64,000 nt of DNA from contig MU271228.1 of the NCBI GenBank assembly GCA_021432655.1, forward strand, positions 1 through 64,000. The letters run 5' to 3'. Both the position numbers and the translations under genes were made by a program. This document shows, piece by piece, positions 37,201 to 48,403 of the stretch; position 1 is the first letter of the stretch; every line of letters starts with the position of its first letter. The notes below the pieces were generated by a model, which saw only the letters and a program-made list of their open reading frames with translations, was not told the origin of the DNA and ran no database searches. The DNA comes from Atractiella rhizophila (Eukaryota).

Positions 37201-40200
37201 GTGAGAAGTCGGAAGAACACGTTGACGAGAGGGAGAAAGAGAGGAGCGACAATAGCGAGCGGCGTAGTGAGTGATGATGAATCCATGATGCACAGAGATG
37301 GTTGGCTTGGAACCCTGAAGCGAAAAGGAAGCAGGCAGTTGCTCGGTGCGCGTTCGAAGTCAAGGACAAGGAAGAGAGCATCTAGCGTCGACTCCCTCTA
37401 TCCACTACCGCCTACCTTACCTGTACAACCAGCAAAAGCTTCACTTGAGTCTTATCGTCGTGGAAAACCGAGTGTTGACCTTCATAACGGACCCGCACCT
37501 GTAGGATCACCGCCTCTTGCGACGTCCTTCGGTTTTCTGCATCACAAGAAGAAAGAGACGGACGAAAATTCCCTTTCCAGCCAGGGCCATCAAATGGGCG
37601 TAACATCTGGGAGCGCGGATTCCAAGGCAGGTTTACTCATGTCCACTGCACCAACTCGAGGGTGGGAACGATTTGTGGGCCGGAGGAGGAGTGGAAGTCT
37701 ACCTCTCACTTCCACTGTATCCCCTTACCCTGCTCCCGTCGAGCAAGAAGTGAAGGCCAAAGATTTCAATGTCTCTTCCGCTTCAATGGATATAGCACCG
37801 TCTAGCAGCAGCTCCAGGTTCAGCACAGTAGGCAGAGCGGTCTCTACTCGACGTGACGAGCAGAATCATAGCCGCAAAGTATCAGCCCCGCAGCCGATAA
37901 ACCCTGAGGTTAAGGCGTCTTATGCTGTTCCATTACACCAACGATTTGCTCAGTATACGTCAACATCATCTTCAGATCAGGAAGAAACTCTGGCTACTCA
38001 TATGAACCGAGAGGAAGAAGCTCCTACCAGTCTAATTACTCCCGACGTCTTGAAACTGCTACCCTCATCAATGTCTAAGCTCTCGCCTCAGCAACACTCT
38101 GGCTTCAATCCCTTACCCGCTCCCATTCGTCGTCGTCCTACCAGCAAAGGATCTACAAGCACATCTCCCTCGCCTGTCACCATCGCTCCGAATTCTGGGA
38201 TTCCGCCCAGTTCAGCCTCTCCGACAAGCCCTGTTTCTCCCGCTTCCACGGTTGATCGGCGCAATAGACGGTTGGGTTCAGTTGATCTCGCTCCTGCATG
38301 GAAGGCGTACTCGAGCAATGCATTAGAGACTCCGACGCTCGGCAACGCTACCATCACGCCGGAGTATTTCAGAGATCGGGTGGCGGATGATAGTGATAGG
38401 ATGCTCACTCCGGGAGAGGATAGAAGGAATTCGGAACATATGTTCCCTCAACCCGCTGCTTCATTCAGTCCTACAATGTCGGCTGTATCTGGCTCTTCAG
38501 CCGGGAAAGGAAGCATGGATAGTGAGAATAGTGGACATAGCGAGGTAGACCTGGATAATGTAGATTTCGACGAACTGGTGAGCCTTTTCCGGTTCGCGCC
38601 CCACTTTGCTCATCCTTTCTTGAAGTTCTTCCGTCCCCCTGGTCAACCACAGCCGGAGCGAATGAGCGAAGTCCTTCCAGATGATGGAGATTTTGGGATA
38701 AGACCTCAACAGTCTTCGGTGCCACCTTCGCATCCGCCTTTTGAAGCGGATGATACATTTGGATTCCTCGCAGGGTTCTTAGCAAGACGTGAATCTCTGG
38801 TCAGCACTGACGGCACAGAAAGAATATCTTCAAGAGCTACCTCGACCGTGTCCAGTGGTGATTGGCCTGAAGAGCGGAGTGTGATGGCAGGGAAGACGAA
38901 TTCTCAAATCATATCCGACATCGTCGCTCAGTACTCACGTGAACGACAGGAAGCGGCACAGACGGAGCTGAGAGCTACGTATCCTTCTAGCGAAGCCTTT
39001 GGAGTCGGCCCGTCTCGTCAGGCATCCTCCCCATACATGAGTGCTTTCAACGACTCCCGCGGCTCTTTAGCCTCAAGTTACTACACCACGGAAGCGCCGG
39101 AAATTCCCACTGTCAGGCTTGGTCCATTAGCCCGCTCCCCGTCGAAATCGATGGATGATAACGCCACTCTCGCTGACCGCCCACAATCCATGGTTCCTCT
39201 GGTATTCGACGAGCACGAACACCCACACAGAATTGCAACGCCTACACATTCTCCATTTATGGAAGGAGATGAACTCGAGGTAGTTAACTCGCCGCACTTC
39301 ATGGAGGAGGAAAGGATGCCTCGCTCGCCGGCTTCTCCTCACCGGCGTAGTCCTGCTCACCTCTCTCCCATTGCCACGCCCAAACGTCAATCACCTTCTT
39401 CGCCCACATTCCTAGATGATGCCCAATTACTCATAATCCCTCCTAAGGACAAAGCGGATGGTCCACCTTCAGCCTCTACAGAGCACTCCTCGTTCTTGGA
39501 CATGGGCAGTCCACGAGACGAAGGCTTTGTTATTCCAGAATTCGCATCTCCCCTCCCTCCAACTCCTAGTACCGCAAAAGCTTCTTCTATGGCACGCCCA
39601 AGAAGCGCCAGCTGGATCGATTTTGATCAAACGAGCTTATTCCAACCAAGCTTACACAGGGATAGTCGACCCAGCTTCTTAGATTTTGATCGGCCAGAAG
39701 ATGAAGAGCATGTAGGAGAGCCAGAGGGAGAAGAGGATGAACGAAGAAGCTTTCTTGATATGTCGCCTCCCGAAAGCCGAAGGTCTTCCAAGCATTCCAT
39801 CGCATTTCCGTTCCCGCGGCCTCGCGGTTCGACTTATGACAGCCCTGGATTTGATCCTACTTCGCGGCCAAGCTTGGACATTCCTGCTTCACGAATGAAT
39901 TCACTTCCGACTCCATCGTCAGTTTCGGGTCCGTCTTCGACCAACCTACGTCACAGATTTTCGCCATTCTCGGCCAGCCCAACATCCCGCCCCAATTCGG
40001 ATAATCAAGGCAGCGAGCGCGCCAACAGTTTCTTGTCTATTATTGACTCGCGATTTGGACGTGCCGCAGTCAGATCTACTTCACCCATATCGCGAGAGAA
40101 TAGGGATTCCTATCTCTCGTCCAACATGTCATTGTCCTCTCTTTCTCAAGTTCACCAGTTCCCCCGTCCTCCAAGGGATCGTGAGTCGACTCTCCGCCAC

Positions 40201-40554
40201 AGCATTCCAGAATCAATGGAGGCGCCGCGCTCCCGGCGGTCGCTCTCCGTTTCAGATATCGATACGGCAGAAGTCAGACGATCACTGGATTCTGGTCGGC
40301 AACGGTTCTCCACGAGCAGTATACATGCAGCCTTGCAAACGAGTTTCCCGCTGAGACACTCTGAGGATTCGGGTGTAGAGCCCTTCTGGAATAGAGAAGA
40401 ATTCGCAGGCAAACGGCAGAAGTTTCTGTCAAGCGAAGGCAAGAATAATCCTCCTAATACCGATGACGGAAACCGAGTCAGGCGCGACACAGAATATCGA
40501 CCGAGGAGAGTTAGTTTAATTCAGGAGCAAAGTGTGGATGAGAATTCAAACTGA
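34269..40554 (+). CDS. Very large Ser/Pro/Arg-rich, probably disordered uncharacterised protein
   Basis: 1746-codon ORF 35314-40554 plus upstream exon MSIFDLKKKKSQNLL (34269-~34515) separated by an ~830-nt intron; no recognisable domain. Confidence 0.75.
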
Positions 40555-41126
40555 GGTGAGCTTCTAAAACTCATAGACTTGACATTTGTTACTGACGTGC
40601 ACTCAGGACAATGCGTTCTGTATTCGTATTTCTTTCCGTTCCTGTCTGTCGCTCATTTCCTCTTGATCCTTGTTTAACTGATTATTGATTTTGCCCATAC
40701 GTTTGAGCTGTGTGTTCAAAAAGCCCAAGTGGGCTGTTGTTTGGTTATTCCATCCACGCTCTTTATTTCAAAATTAGTATATCCTTTATTTCATTCTGAC
40801 AACATTTGATACCATTGGATACATTCCCTTTGCTCTATTTCTATTCTAGACATTGGCCTAGACCCACATCGCTTTCAATGCCGTAAAAATTACTCTTTGA
40901 TGTTGAAATTTGCTTCATAATTGTTTATTTAGTGGGTTACTCGGCTGGCTTTATATTGTAGGTGCTAATGACGATGAGAGTTTTCTCACCATGATGAATA
41001 CCATTGTGGTCCCCTAAATTGTGTCAGCTTGCAGCAGGGGCGATTCGGGGGAAGAAGATAGAAACACACAGTAGATGGTACTTCTTCTGACTATTACCAC
41101 CTGCATCCTCCCTAGCAAACGCCGGC

Positions 41127-42244
41127 TTAGTACAACTGCATGAACTTTTTCTTGACCATCTGTAGGAGCTCTGGAATATCCTCCCCAAAATCCTCGAAAC
41201 TCAGTCTTCTTTCCATCAGCCGTTGATATACCGATCGATATCCTGGATCACTCCGTCATCTTGAGGTCTTCTCCAAAGCAACCATTCTTCACCCCACACC
41301 TTTCTCAAATCCAGAACGCTAACTGAGACGTCCCAGAGTTCTCCGTCGACATTTGAAGTCGCGAAAAACAAGTGACAGCCACAACTGGCGCAGAAACGGC
41401 GTCTGACGAATCTGGTCTTGTCTTCAAAGGATTGATAGATTTTCAAACTAGCCTCCGAGTCCTCGCTGAAGGAAATCAGCGACCTCGGTACAAAAGCCCA
41501 AGACAAAAATGGAGCGCCGGTGGTTTGTCGACAGGAACGACAGAAGCAGATGCCCGCACAGAAGAGGGGTCTTCCAGATTTCGGACAGGCTTTGACCCAT
41601 CTGGCGAGAGGCTGTATGGAGAGGAAATCGGGAGGAGGACGCTGGATGGAAAAAGAAACGGAGCCACAATGGCATTCTCCCTGGATCACATCTTCTGGCA
41701 CCCCTGGATCGATTGATGGCGGAACATCTGGGAAGGAATAGAGTTCGCTGCCCAATCTGCGTTGGAAGCGAGCCAGATCGTCGTCCATGAGACTGGCAAA
41801 GTCACCTTTAAACGTATCGCTCATGAATATGTGAGCAATGGGCTTGGAGAGGTCGGACAACAGCTTGGGCGTCTGCCCTTCTCCCAACTTGCATAACGAG
41901 AGGTCGATCGTTGGGGCGAAGATAAAATCCTCGCCAAAAGGATCTCGGTACGATAAACTCGTACCACAAGCTGCGCAGAAGTACAGTATGTGGCATTCAG
42001 ATTCATACCGCCCGATGGGGGGATCTTCGTTGTCAACACTTCGCAAGTAAAAATCCTTGGTGAACTGGTCGATGCGTATGAGAAGTGCGAACTGAAAACC
42101 CAAAGTGAGACGGAGGAAGGTATTGTGATTGTACACTGCAGGCAAAGGGAGAGCAGATGTCGGGATGGTGAGCGAATAGGTCAAAGAGTTGCAGTGACAT
42201 CTCGTATGAATTGTGCAGGTGCTGGTACTACCAGTGGATGACAT
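41127..42244 (-). CDS. GFA / Mss4-like (DUF636, CENP-V-type) zinc-binding protein with two GFA domains
   Basis: RCHCNS..YFCAACGT; GECHCGSV..CFCRSCRQTTG..RRFCASCGC; probable short last exon RLSFEDFG..MQLY*. Confidence 0.85.
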
Positions 42245-42526
42245 GGTGTGCTCGGCCGTTCACACGCTCTACTAGTATCCAGCATGCAGCAAGTCAAAGT
42301 CCGACTTCAAAGAAGCAGGAGTGCCTACCCACCAAAATACTACTCCAGGTCTCTAAGAAGCTCTCCCTGTCAATACCTGGGAGACAGCGACTGAGTCATG
42401 AGGTGTGTGCAAGAGAGAAAATCTATCTGTGACTACGTTCTCGTGATCTCGGGAAGGAACCATTGAAACAATCCCCATCCACAAACGCAAGTAAACGTGC
42501 CCGCTGAGCTACAGTATATTATTGCG

Positions 42527-42971
42527 ATGGACTTGGACGAGCTCGTCTTTCTCGAACAATCGTGCGTCTCGATCCTCGAACGAACTATCCATCATAAATC
42601 GTGACAGGTTCACATCCGCCGGTCACGCCTCCGGGCTCTCAGACGGTCGTCGAAAGGGGCTGCAGAAGGGTCGTTCCCTCGGATTTCAAGAGGGATTCCC
42701 CATCTATTCCGAGCTCGGATACTACGACGGCTGGTCGAGTTTGATGTTGCTTGTGGCGCCGGAAGGGGGGAAGGAGCGGACGAGATTGGAGAGCATGAGG
42801 AGGAAGGTCGAGGAGGGGTTGGAGCTGATTGAGAGGATGAGGGCGGAGGTGGAGGAAGGGAGGGAGAGCGCGGAGGTGGCGTGGAATGAGATTTTGGGGG
42901 TTTTGAGAGCGAAATATAAGGTGTTGGAGGGATCGCTGAGACTTAAATTGCCGGTGGAGGAGTCGGAGTGA
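42527..42971 (+). CDS. LTO1: LTO1/ORAOV1-like protein (Yae1_N deca-GX3 motif)
   Basis: MDLDELVFLEQ|intron 42562-42607|FTSAGHASGLSDGRRKGLQKGRSLGFQEGFPIYSELGYYDGW..LRAKYKVL. Confidence 0.8.
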
Positions 42972-43654
42972 TATGTTGTACTTATCCATTGCCGTGCCAT
43001 ATGTGCTACTGAAACGAACGGTGTAGATATAGATTTCAAAAAAATCTCAGGATATAATTTCAGTACCCTGCAACAATGGATCAACTACTGCAGAATATGA
43101 ATGTGCGCAACTGAATTTTGGAATGTCGCAGTAACCAGACCACTGAACTGACGTATCCTTTGGCGTAGCGTAATTTGGAGATGAACAGTCCTTTCTCGCC
43201 TGCCTTCCTTTTCGATTCCACTAGTACACTAGTATTAGACGTTTTGATACTACCATTGTTCTCACAAATGTATTGTTAATCTTGTCTCTTAGAACTCGAT
43301 TCGGGACGACGCCGAAACTCATTATTATAAAATGTATTTTCTTGCTCACGAAATCGTTCTAATAAAGGAATGAACAGTACTCCCCCCTTCCATCGCGATA
43401 GGAAGGCTGCCTGATGAGAAGACTAGATGAGAGAAAACGCAGAAAATCATGAATACCAATCATTGCTGACGAGGAAAGGGACAGTCTAGCTTTCACATAT
43501 TCACACTCTTTATCGTCTCATACCATTCAAGTCAGACACTCGACTGCTCTATGCATTTCCTGTGAAGTGCAGTAAAAGAAAAGGAAACTTAATAGTAAAG
43601 TAAGATGGAGATACATCCAGGTACCAGATTGCATATTGTGAGGTAAAAAGAAAG

Positions 43655-43725
43655 CTCTCGGAGAAGGAGTTGAACCTCCGTCGACTGCAAGACCAGCAGG
43701 CATCCTACCGTTAGACCATCCGAGA
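43655..43725 (-). tRNA. tRNA-Asp(GTC)-like gene with non-canonical anticodon loop
   Basis: TCTCGGA TG GTCT AACGGTA GGAT G CCTGC TGGTCTT GCAGT CGAC GGAGG TTCAACT CCTTC TCCGAGA G; full cloverleaf, A/B boxes, downstream T-run. Confidence 0.8.
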
Positions 43726-44251
43726 CTGCTTGAAAAGGACTATGACGACCTCGTTGAAGTGTGTAAAAATGTAGACGGTGTTCGGTGCGCCTCCGGTCTG
43801 TGCGATGCCCGTTCTCCGTTCCCAAATTCCTCCCTCCTCTTCTTTCTTCCTCTTTGGAAACAAAATTTGGTTTCTGTGTTGTGCTTTTCATACATCTGTC
43901 TCTGTTAATGATGATGATGGACACGCCACAGCAAGTGTGTGGAGGGAGGAAGGAGGTTTCGAATGGAAAGAAGTGGGCAATGAACTCTGTCGAGCTTTAG
44001 AGCATCTCTTTGAGCTTCAAGCTCGTTAAATGTCTAATAAACTGTCATTGATGTGATTTACATCCTCTGGCGTGTCGTGTTGCTCAAGACCACGTCGAAT
44101 GAAGGGTAGGCTGCATTCACACCTATCCTCCTCTTTTTCTTCCGTTCAACCTCGACGGCCAGGATATAAACAGAACCGACCCACTCTCTTTTTAGCTCCA
44201 CATCTACCCAACCACAACCAACCACAATAATCTAATCTGTAACAGAAATAA

Positions 44252-44555
44252 TCATCGAATTCGGACTCCTTCTTCGCCCCAATACTCCAACGTATTCCTC
44301 CACCGCCTCATCAAATACTCGACTGCCTCCGTATCCCTCTTTCCGACACTCGGGTCCCTGAACTGTTGGTCCAGCTTGCGCTTGAACGCGGGACGGTCTG
44401 CCTTTGTCAATGCATTCATCATCCATTGCAGGTCAGCACAGTAAATACTCGTGGGAAAGAAAGGATAAACTCACGACTGGTTTGGTGCGGATGATGCGCA
44501 GGCTGTGGCGGTACAGAGCGAGCACTTCTCGCTGCAGACCGGAGTGTGCTGGCAT
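44252..44555 (-). CDS. SDH6: Succinate dehydrogenase assembly factor 1 (Sdh6/SDHAF1, LYR protein); 1 intron
   Basis: MPAHSGLQREVLALYRHSLRIIRTKPV|ADRPAFKRKLDQQFRDPSVGKRDTEAVEYLMRRWR. Confidence 0.88.
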
Positions 44556-44687
44556 CGTCGTCGTCGGAATGCTCCGAAGCCGCTCTACTCCCGCCTCGGT
44601 ATCTCCGGCTCGCGCACTTTCAGCTGATCACGTCCGCTCTACCGGCGTCCACGGGCCACAGCCACGGTCGCGTCTTTCACCGTGTTT

Positions 44688-44720
44688 AATTCACTGCAAA
44701 TTCACTGCAATTCACTGCAT
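44688..44720. repeat. AATTCACTGC x3 in the SDHAF1/CAT divergent promoter (also at ~48350-48382)
   Basis: aattcactgc a aattcactgc aattcactgc. Confidence 0.75.
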
Positions 44721-44741
44721 TCTTAACTGAGTGACCATCCC

Positions 44742-47725
44742 ATGCGTCCCCTCCACCACATCCATCGCTCCCGCCGCGCCATGTCCACCACGATACCCCG
44801 CACCCACGCACCCGCATGGAACCACTGGCGCTTCGCCTTCCCTCCGCCGCTCGCCCGCTCCTCCCTCTCCTCCCTCAACGCCACCCCGCATCCCCTCCCG
44901 CCCCTTCCCCTCCCCGCCCTCGAGGGCACCATGCACAAGCTCCTCCGTAGCGCGGCGGCGTTGGATGCGCCCGATGGAAAGATGCTGAGGGAGTTGGAGA
45001 GGAAGGTCGCGGACTTCGTGGCGAAGGATGGCGTCGGGTGGAGGTTGCAGAAGAGGCTGGAGGAGAGGAAGGAGATCGTGGATAGGACTGGCAAGGGGAA
45101 CTGGTTGGCCGAGTGGTGGGACCTTTACGCTTACATGGTATGTCTTGGTATTTCTTTGGGTTGTTTTCGCAATTTGTATTCGTGGAAGAGTACGGCAACG
45201 AAACAATGTCCATTAGTCCAGCGACCTGACATTGAGCTTGTATTGTGATGGCTGCTACTATGTCGCGCATGATCTCTACCGCTCCTTCACTAGCTCGTAC
45301 CGTGGTCTTCATCGCAGGGGATGTCCAAACCCTTTGTTTTCATTCGTGATCAAATGCATAACCGGAACGATTCATCTCAAATCTCATTTTACAAGTGCTA
45401 CGAGCTCCTCCACTTTACCAATCTCTAACGAGGAAGGCATGATCGCAGAGGAGTGACTACAGATAGCTCGAAGCACAGCTGCTGTCCTTTTCCATCTCGC
45501 TCGTCATCGACTTCCCAAGGAGTATCGCTCGCTCGACCAAATTGTGCATGTGACTGCAGCGTTAGGCATGGTCGCCTCGTCTAATTTTTTGAACTGAATT
45601 GTTTTCTCGTGACAGTTTGGCATCCTGCTTCTTCTATCTACGAAAACAAGCGCAATTCTAACTGCTACAGAGTCTCATTTTATTGGTATAACGTGCAGAG
45701 GCGAATAGTTTGCTTAAATGTGTGGTTTGAAGCTCGAATGCATGTGAAGCTGTGCCAGTCTGGACGTTCCTCTTAAACGATGAGGGCATTCTTCCAGCAT
45801 CACCAACTTCGAGATGACGTTTATTATATTTTTATCGAAAGACGACCGCTAATACGAGGACCGTAGAGCTATCGAGACACGGTCGTGGGGAACGTGTCAT
45901 ACTACTACGGTTTCCCACCCATCCCACCGCGTCCCTCTCCCCTCCCAAACACCTCACCCAACTCAGGCTCCTACCACGCCTCCTCCCTCGTCCTCCTCGC
46001 CTTCGAATTCCGGTCCGACATCCTCAACGGGACGCTCAAACCGGACGTCGCCGGCGGCGCACCACTGTGCATGGAATCGTACAAGTGGGCGTATGGCGGC
46101 TGTCGAATACCCGGTAGGGAGGCGGATTGGGGAACGGTCAGTCATCCGGCCGAAGGAGAGGATCCGCACTTTGTGGTGGCACGGAGGGGATGGTATTGGA
46201 AGGTGGAGTATCGGGAAGAATATTCGTTGGAGGATTGGATGAAGGTGTTCGATTGGATTTATGAGAAGACGCCGAGTGAAGAGGCGCAGAAGGTGGGCGT
46301 GTTGACGGGTATCAATCGTGATACTTGGGCCGAAGTCAGTCCTCTCTGTTTCTCTTCCTAACAAACCAAACGTTCATGGATGCGTCAGGCTTCCGATTAC
46401 CTCAAATCTGTCTCTCCGCTCAACGCAGAAACTCTCCACCAGATCCAAACCGCGCAGTTCTTCATCGGCCTCGATTCCACATCCGTCCCTCCCACAAACG
46501 CTGCAGTGACGACGCCCGAATATAACAAGATGATTGAAGACTGGAGCATCCGTCTCTTCCTCGGCGGAGAAGAACCTTACAATCGGTGGTGGGATACACC
46601 CCTTCAGTGGGTCGTCGAAGATGGAGGATTCGTAGGACTGATTGGAGAGCACTCTTGTATGGACGGCACACCGACCGCACGGTTGCACGACTGGATTGGG
46701 CAGCGAATGCTCGCTCATGATGTTCCCAAAGTCTCTTCGTCGCCTAGCTCTCTCGATCCTTCAAAGGTCGCCTCGTTACTTAAGTTCCAAGGAGACAAGA
46801 CCGTCGACTCGTACATCTCGTCCGCCTCGAAGGAGTTCGCTGATCATGCAACTGGCTACAATGTCGAGTTTCACTCGTTCCAGGAGTTTGGAAAGGAATC
46901 GATCAAGAAGATTGGAGTCTCGCCTGACGCTTTTTGTCAGATGGCCATCCAGCTCGGTTACTTCAAAACTCATGGACAGGTCTGCGGAACGTATGAGTCG
47001 GCTATGACTAGACGGTTTCATTTGGGGAGGACGGATGTTGTGAGGAGTTGTACGATAGAGAGCAGGAAGTGGGTCGAAGCGATGGTGAAGAGCGATGTGG
47101 GTTTAAGGGAGAAGAAGGAGCTGTTTTTGAATGCTGTCAAGTCACATGGCAGGGATATGAAGGATGCGAGCAAGGTAAATATCTAATACTCCGTGTGTAG
47201 TTTATTCTCATCATTTTTCTTTAGGCGGAGGGTATTGACAGGCATATTCTTGGTGAGCTGTCGACGAAGGCATTCATGCTGAAAGGACTCATCTTGTTTT
47301 CAGGTCTCAAACTGTCGGTTGGAAAGGACGAGAAAACACCAGAACTTTTCGAAGATGCTCTCCTCAAGAAGTCTTCGACTTGGAACCTGTCAACCTCACA
47401 GGTTTACTCTCCTGTCTTTCCCGCCTATGGCTGGGGTCCTGTAACACAGGATGGGTATGGGTGCGCAGTATTCTTCTCCTCACTCCAAGAGTTACCACTT
47501 AACTGAGGCTCAGAATACCGTATATGATACATAGCGAGTCGCTTCAGTGGACGGTCACATCCAAGAAGCATATGAAGAGCCGAGAACTCTTAGAAAACAT
47601 GTACGTGCGATTTATCCATTGTTTATCATCTGTTGATACAGGAAGCCAGTGTCCAAGCTTGTAGAGAGACGATGAAGATGATGGAAGAGGCCAGGGCTGA
47701 CGAGGGACAGAACGCTAAGCTGTGA
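44742..47725 (+). CDS. CAT2: Carnitine O-acetyltransferase, copy 1 (mitochondrial/peroxisomal)
   Basis: LPPLPLPAL, NWLAEWWDLYAY, NRWWDTPLQ, GEHSCMDG (catalytic His), SPDAFCQMAIQL, TYESAMTRRFHLGRTD, GWGPVTQDGYG, C-terminal AKL*. Confidence 0.95.
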
Positions 47726-47919
47726 CGAATCGAAGACTGTAAATGGTAATGGGTTGCAATGTACGACGTCATGTCATCCAGATCACGCAGGTACCTCCCG
47801 AAGCTTCTTGTCCTGACATAGAGTAACATATTATTATTCTGCTGGGTGCATATCTGAACGTTGTTTCATGCCCATCTTATGCCGTCTCTTGAGACCACCT
47901 GGTGCGCTATACTTAAAAA

Positions 47920-48218
47920 TCACTCCTCCTCATCCCCCTCCTCTATGGTCTCCAAATCCAAAGCACGTTCGTCCCAGTCTTCGTCAAGATAAGCCTCCAA
48001 TTCAGCTCGTTCGGAGTCTGGCAAGTCTTCTTCTTCATCTTCCTCCTTTTCATCGTACTCTTCTTCGTCATCCTCATCGTCGTCATAGTCATCCTCGTCG
48101 TCATCCTCTTCCTCTGGCTCACTCTGATGCTTGACCTGACGTGACGAGTTTGGGGGATTGCTGGCCAGAGTCGATACAGAGCGAGCACTTCTCGCTGCAG
48201 ACCGGAGTGTGCTGGCAT
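47920..48218 (-). pseudogene. Chimeric junction: SDHAF1 5' end fused to a duplicated Nup159 3' end
   Basis: ORF 48218-47943 begins MPAHSGLQREVLALYR then reads Nup159 tail DNA out of frame; Nup159 acidic tail repeated at 47920-48173. Confidence 0.8.
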
Positions 48219-48403
48219 CGTCGTCGTCGGAATGCTCCGAAGCCGCTCTACTCCCGCTCGGTATCTCCGGCTCGCGCACTTTCAGCTGATCACGTCCGCT
48301 CTACCGGCGTCCACGGGCCACAGCCACGGTCGCGTCTTTCACCGTGTTTAATTCACTGCAAATTCACTGCAATTCACTGCATTCTTAACTGAGTGACCAT
48401 CCC

